DNA from: an uncultured delta proteobacterium
GTDB taxonomy: Bacteria; Desulfobacterota; Binatia; Binatales; Binataceae
Length of the DNA: 64,000 nucleotides
NCBI GenBank assembly: GCA_963711565.1
Contig: CAVQEQ010000001.1
Coordinates: 1,216,001-1,280,000 of the forward strand
Direction: 5' to 3'
The notes under the pieces were generated by a model that was not told the DNA's origin, did no database searches, and saw nothing but the letters and a program-made list of their open reading frames with translations. This document shows positions 40,060-50,300 of the stretch, piece after piece (within the stretch, counting starts at the first letter, position 1; each line of letters opens with the position of its first letter). The position numbers and the translations under genes were made by a program.

Positions 40060-42113
40060 TTTTTGACCTCCTCGGTCCGTTCGTTACTTGAAGCCGGGAC
40101 GCGCTCAGCCCACCGCATCGCGCGAAAGTCGCTCGTCATTTCGTAGCCCAAAGCCCAACTGTCGGGCGTATTTTTGTAATGCGCGAGAAAGCGCTGTTCA
40201 CGCAAAGTCAACGCCCGGTGCTCGCGCCGAATCGCGATCCAGAGCTGATCACATTCGTCTTCGCTCAACTGCAATTCTCGGATTTCACGCCGCCGCTCTA
40301 TTTCCTGTAGCGCGATATTTCCATCGCGCAGTACCTCGTCGCTATGCGGTTCCGGTTCGGCCGGCGCGTCGAGCGCTTGCAGCGCCGCCGCCGCCGCCGC
40401 GATACCCGGTGAGCGATGCGGCAATGCAGTGATTTCAGTTCCGGGCGCGGGAAGCTTAACGGCGTCGCGCGCAGCGCACGATTCGATAATGTCGCGGTAT
40501 GTGGTTTCAGGCCGGTGCTTTCGCTTGAGCGCGCGCAGCTCGTCCATGCCCTCGCGCATCTTCCTGTTCTGATCCTGCTTGGCCGCTATCGCCATCACCT
40601 GCCGGTCGAGGCCGGCGGACTCAGGATTGATCGCGACGCAGATAAACTTCGTGCCGTCGCCGCTGAAGATGATCAGCTTGCCCTGGTCGCGCGTGCGCAC
40701 GTACTGAACGCCCTGTTCGATATACGCTTCGAGTGCGTTGCCCTCGTCCCAATAGAATGCGTTATCGACACGGATACCCTTCTTGCCGACCGTCGCGGTG
40801 CCATCTTCGCCCAGCAGCACGTCGAGCAGCCGCTCGTCGGCCACGCGCCGAACCTGTCCGCGCCGATCCGCCTCGGCAAAAACCTCGTTGGGAGTCCGCC
40901 CGCCGAGCCCCGAATGCTTTTTGTTGCCGTAAACATGCTCCAGCCACTTGTCGAGCAGGTCTTGCAGCTCGGGCGCGGTCAGCTCGATTCGATAGAGCCG
41001 CCGCATATTGCGCCGCGCGCCGCGGCCGGGCGCATAGCCGGCGCGCTCGCGGATTTTCGACGCCTCTTTCACATCGTGGCCGATGTAGCCGGGCAGGTTG
41101 ACGAAAAAAGAGTGGAGCACCGTGCCGATTCCGCGCTCGATGTGTGGTTTTCGCCATCCCGAATAAGCTGGCGTCGCCGGCCACGCGATCCCGAGCCGCG
41201 CGATTCCGCGCTGCGTGCGCGCCGAGACGAACCCGGCGCCGTTGTCGTGCGAAATCTCGTCGGGAACGCCGCGCAGCGAAATCCCTTTGATCACCATCTC
41301 CGCAACCGCGTTAGAAGACTCAACCGGCGCCAGATGGGCGGTAATCACGCGCGAGCAAACGTCGATCTGCCCCATCACGTGCAGCCTGCCGCCCGGCGTC
41401 TCGACCGTGCCGAGCACATAAGAGTCGGCCGGCGTGCCGTCTATCTCCCAAAGCTGATTTACCCGCGTGATATTCGCGTCGGCATCGCCGATCGCGAGCA
41501 TGTGGCGGTTTTTCCAGCCGGCAGGGTCTTCGATCCGCACATACAGCGAATGGTTCTGCTGCTTCCAATCGCGGATGAACTTCTGCACCGCGTCGATGCT
41601 CGGAATCCGATCGTTTGGAAACCGAGCCTCGATTCCTTCGAGCACGAATTGCGCGTTAACCTTCGGGTTGTGCGCGATCTGGGCGATCACGAACTCACGC
41701 ATCAAGGAATTGCGCGCGATGATCGAGTCGCCGCGCCGCTTGCCATAGCCCGGCACCAGGCCGGCAATGCCGGACTTCTCGAATCGGCGCCAAGCCTTTT
41801 GCAGCGTCGGCCATTCGATGCTCTGCCAGAGTTCGCGCGCGTTGGCACTCACTTCGATCTGACCGTGATTAAAGCGCTCGCAGAAATCCTTGCCCGCAGC
41901 GTTCAGCGCCTTGCACGATCGCTTTCTGAACGCACGGAACGCCGCGACGATCTCCGCCATCGCCAGCGCGCGCGCGGCAATCTTCGTCGGAATACCATCG
42001 AGCGGATCGAGAGGAGCGAGCGGCGCGGCAACAACCGGCAGCGTGACAGCGCGCGCGTCGTCCGACAGCGCCGGCCGTTCCACGAGCTGCACGCTGCGCG
42101 CCGCCTCACTCAT
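40050..42113 (-). CDS. MuA-like DDE transposase
   Basis: WEIDGTPAD, ISHDNGAGF, KPHIER catalytic triad; YGNKKHSGLGGRTP; TVGKKGIRVDNAFY. Confidence 0.93.
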   Translation of the reverse strand: MSEAARSVQLVERPALSDDARAVTLPVVAAPLAPLDPLDGIPTKIAARALAMAEIVAAFRAFRKRSCKALNAAGKDFCERFNHGQIEVSANARELWQSIEWPTLQKAWRRFEKSGIAGLVPGYGKRRGDSIIARNSLMREFVIAQIAHNPKVNAQFVLEGIEARFPNDRIPSIDAVQKFIRDWKQQNHSLYVRIEDPAGWKNRHMLAIGDADANITRVNQLWEIDGTPADSYVLGTVETPGGRLHVMGQIDVCSRVITAHLAPVESSNAVAEMVIKGISLRGVPDEISHDNGAGFVSARTQRGIARLGIAWPATPAYSGWRKPHIERGIGTVLHSFFVNLPGYIGHDVKEASKIRERAGYAPGRGARRNMRRLYRIELTAPELQDLLDKWLEHVYGNKKHSGLGGRTPNEVFAEADRRGQVRRVADERLLDVLLGEDGTATVGKKGIRVDNAFYWDEGNALEAYIEQGVQYVRTRDQGKLIIFSGDGTKFICVAINPESAGLDRQVMAIAAKQDQNRKMREGMDELRALKRKHRPETTYRDIIESCAARDAVKLPAPGTEITALPHRSPGIAAAAAALQALDAPAEPEPHSDEVLRDGNIALQEIERRREIRELQLSEDECDQLWIAIRREHRALTLREQRFLAHYKNTPDSWALGYEMTSDFRAMRWAERVPASSNERTEEVKKCG

Positions 42114-42427
42114 ACGGCCGCCTCGCGCGCCGGTTCTTTCAACACCTTCCGCGCTCGCCGTTCAGCGCGGAGCCGTTCGCGCTCGGGCCACAATTCCTCC
42201 GGCGTTCGGCCGATCGCGGCGGCGACTATGCGTTCTGCGATCGGCCAAGGCCGGTCGAAAACATGACTGAGTGTGCTCGGATGCCAGCCGCGAGATTTTG
42301 CTAGAGCTGCGAGAGAAGTGCCGCGCCGGCGAAGTTCAGCTAGAATGGCGAAGCGATCTATTCCGCTTGACGCGGAAACCGCGAGGCGCTTAGATCGCTC
42401 TGCTCGCTTTGGTCGATGCCGTTCCAT
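42110..42427 (-). CDS. ner: Ner/Nlp-family DNA-binding protein
   Basis: ILAELRRRGTSLAALAKSRG...WPIAERIVAAAIGRTPEELWPER. Confidence 0.9.
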   Translation of the reverse strand: MERHRPKRAERSKRLAVSASSGIDRFAILAELRRRGTSLAALAKSRGWHPSTLSHVFDRPWPIAERIVAAAIGRTPEELWPERERLRAERRARKVLKEPAREAAV

Positions 42428-42467
42428 TGGCAGAATATATTCGTCTGAAATCAGGAGATTGTCAACT

Positions 42468-42974
42468 ATGAAGAGTAGACAAGCTCCCTCATCGAAAGAT
42501 CGGGCCGCGCCTTCCGATCCCATGTCCGACCGAATCGAATATTGCTTTCGCGTGGCCGGCGGCGTGCGCGCGGTTTCTAAAGCCACCGATCTGGTTGAAT
42601 CCCTGCTCTACCGTTACCGGAAACCGGGCGCGTCAAGGCGAACCGACGTATTGTCGCTGATCGCCAAGGCGGCCAATGTGAGCGAGGCGTGGCTTCTAAC
42701 CGGCATCGAGACCGATCCATCGAAGAGCACTTCCGCACGGCCGAAATATCATTCCCTGGCGGATTTGCCCTATCGCATGTCGGCTGAATATGAGATGGAC
42801 GCCGCCGCCCGACGTGAGTTGATCTTTGAGCGAGAGGGCGGCGCCGAGTTCAAGGACGCAACCCTTCGAGCGCTCGAAGAAGAGCTGCACCGTCTCAAAG
42901 GAAGGATCGAGGTTTTGGAATCGCAATTGGCCGCCAGCAGACCGCGCGGCGGAAAAAAAGCTGCACGCGCGTAA
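42468..42974 (+). CDS. XRE-family repressor, divergent from ner
   Basis: GGVRAVSKATDL...LSLIAKAANVSEAWLLTG; C-terminal coiled coil; AGGAG RBS. Confidence 0.82.
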   Translation: MKSRQAPSSKDRAAPSDPMSDRIEYCFRVAGGVRAVSKATDLVESLLYRYRKPGASRRTDVLSLIAKAANVSEAWLLTGIETDPSKSTSARPKYHSLADLPYRMSAEYEMDAAARRELIFEREGGAEFKDATLRALEEELHRLKGRIEVLESQLAASRPRGGKKAARA

Positions 42975-42989
42975 AAGAGGGTTCACGAA

Positions 42990-43328
42990 ATGGGGGCAAA
43001 AGCGTTCGCTCGACTATTGGTACTGATCGGCTTTGTCTCAATGGGCTGCTCGCACGGCAGCTTGCCGCACGATCGCCTCAACGGAACCTGGACCAGCGAC
43101 ATTATGACCATCACGATCGATTTCCCCGCCCACAAATATTCGGGCGTTGCGATGGGCGAGCCGTTTTCGCACTACCTGGACCTGGTGAGCGAAAACGCCA
43201 ACGTCGTGGTCTTCAAAGAGAGCGACGCAACCATCGTCTGCCAGATTCAGGACGACGGCAGCATTATGATCACCAAGCAGGGCTCCGAAGGCGGAATCCC
43301 TATGATCCTGCACCGCGCCAAAGACTAA
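42990..43328 (+). CDS. Small lipoprotein (cargo)
   Basis: Lipobox SMGC; LNGTWTS beta-barrel-like sequence. Confidence 0.75.
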   Translation: MGAKAFARLLVLIGFVSMGCSHGSLPHDRLNGTWTSDIMTITIDFPAHKYSGVAMGEPFSHYLDLVSENANVVVFKESDATIVCQIQDDGSIMITKQGSEGGIPMILHRAKD

Positions 43329-43336
43329 CCGGAAAA

Positions 43337-43749
43337 ATCAAAGTTCCCTTCCGAAACTTTGATCATTGTTCGCCTAGGGAACAATGATCCCGAACCCCGC
43401 CAGAATACCGGCCCGGCATTTTGATTTTCGCGATCACAGTCGTCCTCGACGACTATGATTTTAGCCGCGCCAAGGCGCGCCTAGACCAGGCGTTCGCGTA
43501 TGTCGCGGACGACGGCATGCGAAATCAAAGTCGTGCTCGACGATTTTGATCTTTCCGAGATCAAACTCGCGGACGACGAGTTTGATCGGCCGGCCCCTTT
43601 TCAAGATCGCTAGAGACGATCTTGAAATCACCCTCGCGCTCGACGAGGGTGATTTCCTCCGGTTACGTCGCAGGCTCATGTCGTAGGCGACGACATGATA
43701 AGTGTCGTGGCCCCGCGACACTTCCATCATGTTCCCGAAGGGAACATGA
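43337..43749 (+). repeat. Array of ~13 hairpins, mostly 27-nt ATCA-N19-TGAT units
   Basis: Units start at 43337, 43362, 43399, 43433, 43524, 43560, 43600 and 43627; shorter hairpins at 43462, 43491, 43676, 43700 and 43727. Confidence 0.9.
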
Positions 43750-43907
43750 GAAGTCATAAGCCCCACTAATTTATCGAGCCGCGCAGACGATCCGGTTTTC
43801 AGGGTTGTGAGCGCTCATTGGCCCTTCGCGACGAGGCGCGGGCGCTTTTCGGTCAAAAGTGCCCTAACTATCCGATTTTGCTAGCGAATCATATCAAATG
43901 GAAAAAA

Positions 43908-43927
43908 CCGCTCTTAGTTGGATCTAA
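43908..43927 (+). repeat. Right copy of 20-bp direct repeat
   Basis: CCGCTCTTAGTTGGATCTAA; part of the imperfect palindrome TAGTTGGA-TCTAAT-TCCTAACTA. Confidence 0.8.
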
Positions 43928-44510
43928 TTCCTAACTAGGGATGCGTTAGCGCGACACGGCGCGTCGTGGCGCTATCAGTTTCCAGACTGGCCCGATTAGA
44001 CGAATCCTACTCCGAACTTAGCCCCTGCCCCACGGCTTTGCGATGAGCGCTCGCGTCAGAAAACCCCGTCCAGACGCGGGTTTCGATGCGTCCGTCGTCC
44101 CATGATGTCCCCCCCAGTCCCACGAAATCCCGCGAATTGCCTCGGAAGAGTTTAGATCCAACCATGAGCGGTGTCACACCACCGTTACCAGGCGATTTAC
44201 TTTGGATTCTCTCCTTCGAGAACAGAGCCGGTGCTCTTCGCATCACTGTCCGCCAAAAACGTCTTCGCCAGGACATCGCCTTCAAGCGAGGGAAATCCAT
44301 ACGAGGCTTCTTGAGTCCGCCCGACCTGGGATTCGGTAATCGCCGTGCAGCTTGAAGCGGCCCGTCTGTGGCGAATTCCAATTCATGCGGCAATTGGGGT
44401 CTGAAACAATCCGTTTGCAGTGTTGCCGCCAGCGATATGAGTGAAGGTTTGCGATTGGAGGAGGAACTGCGCCGTTGCGTTGAGCCGGCGTGGCTCCGGA
44501 GCTGCTGCGT

Positions 44511-47300
44511 TTACCGCTCTTTCAGTTCGGCCAAGAAGACGGCCGACCTGCCAACCTCCAGGAATTCCTTAGCATCGAGGGTATCGAAAAGCTGGATAGT
44601 CTTGGCCACGAGGCCGGTCCATCCAGTCTGATGGCTTGCGCCGAGCCCGGCGCCGTTGTCGCCGTGGAAGTACTCGTAGAACAGAATATAGTCGCGCCAA
44701 TGCGGGTCGGACTGAAATTTCTCGCTGCCCCCGTACACAGGACGACGGCCATCTTTGTCACGCAGAAAGGTAGCGCCAAGCCTACGGGTTATCTCGTGGC
44801 TCACTTGAAAAAGATTCATTAGTTGGCCGGAACCAGTAGGGCATTCGATCTTAAAGTTGTCGCCGTAATAGAGATAGAACTGCAATAGTGCCCGAATAAC
44901 TATGATATTCACCGGAAACCACACTGGGCCTCGCCAGTTTGAGTTACCGCCAAACATGCCGGTGTTCGACTCCGCCGGCAAGTAGTCTACGCGATACTCC
45001 CGGTCACCGACGTTCAGGATATAGGGATGATGCTCGTGAAACTTCGATAGAGAACGAATGCCGGTAGGACCCAGAAATTCGTTCTCATCGAGCACTCTAG
45101 AAAGGATTCGGCGCAAACGCTCGGGACCAACCAAAGCTATGATGCCGCGCTCGTAGATTCCGAAATGCCCGGGCCCGGTAGGATGAATGTAATTCCATAG
45201 CTCGGGCATCCGCTGGCGCCGTCTATCCAAGAGAGTCATCGCCGACGGCATCCGTTCGCGTTGCCATCGCTCGACGACAGTGGTTGCGCAGAGCGGCAGC
45301 AGCCCTACCATCGATCGCACCTTGAGCCGTTTGGCGCTGCCGTCCGGGAGTCGCAAGAGATCGTAGTAGAAGCCGTCTTCCTCGTCCCACATCCCGTCGT
45401 CGCCGGGACGGTTCATAGCTGTAGCGATGTAAAGGAAGTGCTCGAGGAACTTGACCACCATATCTTCGGAGGTGTGGTCGTAGGCAAGGAGTTCTATCGC
45501 CAGTTCTGCCATGTTTTGGCTGTACAGCGCCATCCATGCGGTGCCGTCGGCCTGCTCGAGGCTGCCTCCAGTGGGCAAAGGTGCGCTCCGATCGAAAATC
45601 CCGATATTGTCGAGACCCAGGAAACCACCTTCGAAAACATTCTTGCCGAACCGGTCCTTGCGATTGATCCACCAAGTGAAATTCAAGAGGAGCTTTTCAA
45701 AACACCACTTGAGGAAATCGATATCAGTTTCGGCCCCCAGGGCCTGCTCCGTGCGATGCAGGAATAGAGTCGCCCAGGCATGGACCGGCGGGTTAACATC
45801 GCTGAAGTTCCACTCGTAGGCGGGAATCTGGCCGTTGGGGTGCATATATAACCCCTTGAGCATGAGACGTATCTGCTGACGGGCGAACTCCGGGTCCACG
45901 GTCGAAAGCGCGACGGTATGAAAGGCGAGGTCCCAAGCCGCATACCATGGATACTCCCATTTGTCGGGCATCGAGATGACGTCGTCGTTGAGCATGTGGT
46001 ACCACTCCTGGTTGCGGGAGTGCCGGATTCCGTGTTTCAACGGATTGGCGCGATGTTCGTCCAACCACTTATCCGCGTCCAGGTAGTAGAACTGCTTAGT
46101 CCACAGCATTCCAGCGAGCGCTTGACGCATCACATTGGCCGCGTCCGGGGACGCCGCAGCCGGGATCACCGACCGGTAGAACTCGTCGGCCTCGTCCAGG
46201 CGGGCTGCAAAGATCTCATCAAAATTCTTCCCGAACGAAAAAGCATCTTTCCCGCCGCCCTTTGACTGTTCCCCGAGCGCTTGACCAGTCAAGCGTAATC
46301 GCGCCGTTGCCGATTGCCCAGAGTTTATCGTGAATCGGTAGCGCGCCGCGGCTTTGGTCCCGCGCAGGTCCGGATTCACCGTTGGTTTCCCATTCGTCAC
46401 GAAGTCGTTGATGCCGTCTTTCACATAGGGGCAGGCGTTGGGATATTCGGGAAAGAGGCGCTGGTTGTTGGTCTCGTTCTCGGTAAAGAGAAGCGGCACC
46501 TCACCTTCGCAATACAGATGGTACTTTCCGAGTTCGCGATGCTCAGCGGCTATGGCTGTGCTACCAGACGGAGCTTCGATCCACTTGAGAGTCGGTCGCT
46601 CGGCGGGTCTAGAAATCCATGATGACCAGTCATTGCGGAACCAGAGAGTCGGCAACAAATACAGTGGCGCCGGTTCGGGTCCCCGGTTCCACACCGTTAT
46701 CCTTATTAGAATGTCGTCGGGGGCGGCCTTGGCATATTCTACAAAAATGTCGAAATAACGGTCGCCGTCAAAGATTCCCGTGTCCAGAAGCTCATACTCT
46801 GGGTCGTTGCGTGTGCGGCGCGCATTGACTTTTATCAGGTCGCCGTAAGGATAGGCCGCTTGGGGATACTTGTAGAGGTACTTCATGTACGAGTGTGTCG
46901 GCGTACTGTCAAGGTAGAAGTAGTACTCTTTCACGTCCTCGCCATGGTTTCCCTCGCTGTTCGTGAGTCCGAAGAGCCGCTCCTTTAAGATAGGGTCCTT
47001 GCCGTTCCATAGAGCTAGTGCAAAGCACAGCGCTTGCTTGTCGTCGGAGAGACCTGCCAGGCCGTCCTCGCCCCATCGGTAGGCACGCGAGCGGGCCTGA
47101 TCATGGCTGAAGTAGTTCCAAGCGTCGCCCGTGTCGCTATAGTCTTCGCGTACGGTGCCCCACTGGCGCTCGCTAAGGTAAGGACCCCACCGCTTCCACG
47201 GCGTTTGGTGAATGCGCTCCTGGTAGAGACGTTCTCGCTCGGCGGGCATGTTGGTCTCGCTCCTCAGGATCCGGTTTTGCTTAGGTGTCGCGTGCGCCAA
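44511..47300 (-). CDS. GH63/MGH1-like glycoside hydrolase
   Basis: WGPYLSERQWGTVREDYS, MPDKWEYPWYAAWDLAFH, WRGPVW, GASHQTGWT; start may be downstream (MPAERER). Confidence 0.92.
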   Translation of the reverse strand: MAHATPKQNRILRSETNMPAERERLYQERIHQTPWKRWGPYLSERQWGTVREDYSDTGDAWNYFSHDQARSRAYRWGEDGLAGLSDDKQALCFALALWNGKDPILKERLFGLTNSEGNHGEDVKEYYFYLDSTPTHSYMKYLYKYPQAAYPYGDLIKVNARRTRNDPEYELLDTGIFDGDRYFDIFVEYAKAAPDDILIRITVWNRGPEPAPLYLLPTLWFRNDWSSWISRPAERPTLKWIEAPSGSTAIAAEHRELGKYHLYCEGEVPLLFTENETNNQRLFPEYPNACPYVKDGINDFVTNGKPTVNPDLRGTKAAARYRFTINSGQSATARLRLTGQALGEQSKGGGKDAFSFGKNFDEIFAARLDEADEFYRSVIPAAASPDAANVMRQALAGMLWTKQFYYLDADKWLDEHRANPLKHGIRHSRNQEWYHMLNDDVISMPDKWEYPWYAAWDLAFHTVALSTVDPEFARQQIRLMLKGLYMHPNGQIPAYEWNFSDVNPPVHAWATLFLHRTEQALGAETDIDFLKWCFEKLLLNFTWWINRKDRFGKNVFEGGFLGLDNIGIFDRSAPLPTGGSLEQADGTAWMALYSQNMAELAIELLAYDHTSEDMVVKFLEHFLYIATAMNRPGDDGMWDEEDGFYYDLLRLPDGSAKRLKVRSMVGLLPLCATTVVERWQRERMPSAMTLLDRRRQRMPELWNYIHPTGPGHFGIYERGIIALVGPERLRRILSRVLDENEFLGPTGIRSLSKFHEHHPYILNVGDREYRVDYLPAESNTGMFGGNSNWRGPVWFPVNIIVIRALLQFYLYYGDNFKIECPTGSGQLMNLFQVSHEITRRLGATFLRDKDGRRPVYGGSEKFQSDPHWRDYILFYEYFHGDNGAGLGASHQTGWTGLVAKTIQLFDTLDAKEFLEVGRSAVFLAELKER

Positions 47301-47323
47301 CTCTATGGAGACGAACTAGGTCG

Positions 47324-50300
47324 TCAATTCGAGGGCACAGCTGGCCCCTGACGCGGAGCGCCGGGTGCTACTGCTGGCGCTGATAGCGGTCCGAAGATGT
47401 GGCGGACGGAGACAAAGAACACCGGCACGAAGGGGATCGCAAGAAGAGTCGAAGCGAGCATTCCGCCGAAGACTACCGTACCTAATGACTGCTGGCTCGC
47501 GGCGCCGGCGCCGGTGGCGGTCAACAGCGGAACCACGCCGAGAATGAACGCGATGGACGTCATTAGTATCGGCCGAAAGCGTCGGCGGGTTGCTTCCACG
47601 GCGGCTTCCATGGTTCCCATCCCTTGCGCCGCAAGATCACGAGCAAACTCGACAATAAGGATCGCGTTCTTCGCTGCCAGCGCGATCATAAGGACCAGTC
47701 CTATCTGCGTGTACAGATCCACAGGAAACTTCCGGATAACCAACGCTACGAGGATACCTATGAGAGCCGTCGGTACTACCAGGATAACTGCGATAGGATC
47801 GGTCCAGCTCTCGTACTGCGCCGCGAGGACCAGATAGACGAGCGTGATCGACAGTGCAAAGATAAAGTAAGCCTGACTCCCGGTTTGTTCTTCCTGATAG
47901 GCAAGTCCCGTCCATTCGTAACTCATACCTGCAGGCAGCGTTTCATCGGCGAAGTTCGCCATCATGCTTAGTGCCTGTCCGGAGCTGTACGAGGGCATCG
48001 GAATTCCGGTCAGGATAGCAGCGGGATAAAGGTTGTAGCGCGTGACCAGCTCGGAGCCCAGCATCCTGCGGACCGAAAGCAGCGCACCCAGGGGCACCAT
48101 CTGGCCTTCCTTGTTCATCACGTCGAGATTTTGTATGTCGGCCAGTGCGCGACGAGAGTCGGCCTCGGCCTGAACGCGAACCTGAAAGGCCTGGTTGAAT
48201 TTGTTGAACTGATTTACGTAGGTCGAGCCGAGATAGGTTTGCAGAGTCTCGGAAACATCGTTGACCGGAACACCAAGCGACTCGGCCATCGTTCGATCGA
48301 TGTTGAGATAGATCTGCGGACTGTTATCGCTGAAGGTGGTAAAGCCGAGGCGCAGAAAGCCATCCACGCTCTGCGCCCGATCGAGCAACACGTGAGTGGC
48401 CTTCTGCAATTCGCGGAGTCCATTGCTGGCGCGATCCTCGACTACCATCTGAAATCCGAACGCCGTTCCCAGGCCGGGAATCGGAGACGGCGGCATCACA
48501 TCGAATGAAGCTGTGCGAATAGACTGAACCTTTTCCTGAATATGTTTAATTATTCCGGCCTGGGTCAGACCTGCTGGACGCTTGCTCCAGTCATCATAGA
48601 TGCAGAACACCGTGACGTAGTTCGAAACGTTGGCGGAGTCCAGCGCCGAGAATCCACCCATCGTAACCCAGCCCTTGATGCCGGGACTCTCTTTCAATAT
48701 CGCGTTGATTCGGTCGGAGACCTCTCTTACCCGGGGCTGAGCGGATCCCTCGGGTAGTTCAGCCGAAATGATGCAGTATCCCTGGTCTTCGAGCGGCAGC
48801 AAGGAAGTCGGGTAGATCGAGAAAGCAAATCCAACCAGGAACAATACGGCGAAGAACCCTGCTACCATCGTGAAAGGGCGAGCGACCATCCAGCTGACAA
48901 GTCCTATGTAGCGATCCTCGACGGCCGCAAACCCTCGATTGAACTCACTGTAAAACCAGTTGGGTTTGTAGTCCTTAGGCCTGGGTCTGAGATAGAGCGC
49001 ACACTGTGTGGGCTTGAGCGTGAGTGCGTTGGCAGCGCTGATAAGTGCGGTCGATGCGATCACCAGCGCGAACTGACGAAACATCTGTCCGGTGATACCG
49101 GGCAGGAAAGAAGCCGGCAAGAAGACTGAAGTAAGAACCAGGGTGACGCCAAGAACAGGGCCAGTGAGCTCGCCCATGGCTTTGATGGCCGAGTCCTTGG
49201 GACTGAGTCCTTCTTCTATGTAGTGCGTACAGTTCTCGACAATGACGATAGCGTCATCCACTACGATTCCGATCGCAAGGATCAAGGCGAACAGAGTCAT
49301 CAAGTTGACCGAAAAACCGAGCAATGCCATCGCCGCAAAAGCGCCTATTATCGTGACTGGTACGGTCGTAGCGGGAACCAGCATCGCGCGGAAGTTCTGA
49401 AGAAAAATTACGATGACGATCAGAACGAGGATGCCCGCCTCGCCCAGCGTCACATACACCGCGTGAATTGCCTGGCCAATGAAGACGGTGGTGTCATAGA
49501 GCGGAGTGTATTTGAGTCCTTCCGGGAAGGTGCTGCTCATCTTCGCCATCAGTGCGCGCACGGCGGACGCGACCTGCAGCGAATTTGCGCCGGGCAGCGC
49601 ATAGATCGCGATATGGCCTGCCTTTTTGCCGCTCAGATTGGAGAACAGCGTGAACTGCTGCTGGCTCATCTCGATCTTTGCAACGTCTTTGAGCCGCACT
49701 ATCGAGGCAGTCTCGCTCGGTTGAGCGCTGTTAACGGTTTGTCCTGCCAGGGTCGGCGCAAGGCGACTTTTGATGATGATGTTTTCGAACTCTTTCGGAT
49801 CCGACAGGCGTCCCTGGGTGTTAACCGTGAACTGGAAGACCTGGTTCGATGGAACCGGCGGCCCACCTATCTGACCCGAGGCGACCTGGTTGTTTTGAGA
49901 CTGAATCGAGTTCTGTACATCGAGCACGGTCAGCCCGAAGGTTTTGAGCTTGTTGGGATCGAGCCAGATGCGCATGCTATAGGCACCGGCGCCTATGACC
50001 TTGACCTGACCTACCCCTGGGATGCGAGCGATAGGATTAACCAGGTTGATGGTCGCATAGTTGCTGAGGAAAGTTTCATCGAAGCGGTTGTCATCCGAGT
50101 AAAGACTCTCCATCAGCAGGATGTTGGTGGTGACTTCCTTGACGTTCACTCCCTGGTCCTTCACGGGCGCAGGCAGTTCCGAGAGCGATCCGTTGACCGC
50201 GTTCTGGACCAGCGCGAGCGAGGTGTCGAGATCGGTTCCGATCGTGAAGGAGACGGTCAGCGTATAACTTCCGTCGCTGCCGCTGGTGGATTGCATGTAG

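Larger units (their letters stand above)
30879..43956. mobile_element. Compact Mu-like transposable element (candidate satellite or reduced prophage); ends approximate
   Basis: Repressor/Ner/MuA/MuB/GemA/Mor plus tape measure and gpD; possible TG (30879) and CA (43956) termini; 20-bp repeat near both ends. Confidence 0.85.

Noticed and set aside
39319-42113. Transposase plus ATPase as Tn7/CAST TnsB-TnsC or IS21
   Set aside because: No TniQ/TnsD, TnsA or Cas genes; the Ner, GemA, Mor and tail genes indicate a Mu-like phage lineage
43337-43749. Hairpin array as a CRISPR array or integron attC cluster
   Set aside because: Units are not identical, there are no regular unique spacers and no cas genes; no RYYYAAC/GTTRRRY boxes or cassette ORFs
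43461-43766. 101-aa minus-strand ORF
   Set aside because: Lies entirely over the palindrome array and has no recognisable motif; likely incidental
44007-44500. Short ORFs between the element end and the GH63 gene
   Set aside because: No motifs or RBS support; overlapping candidates on both strands
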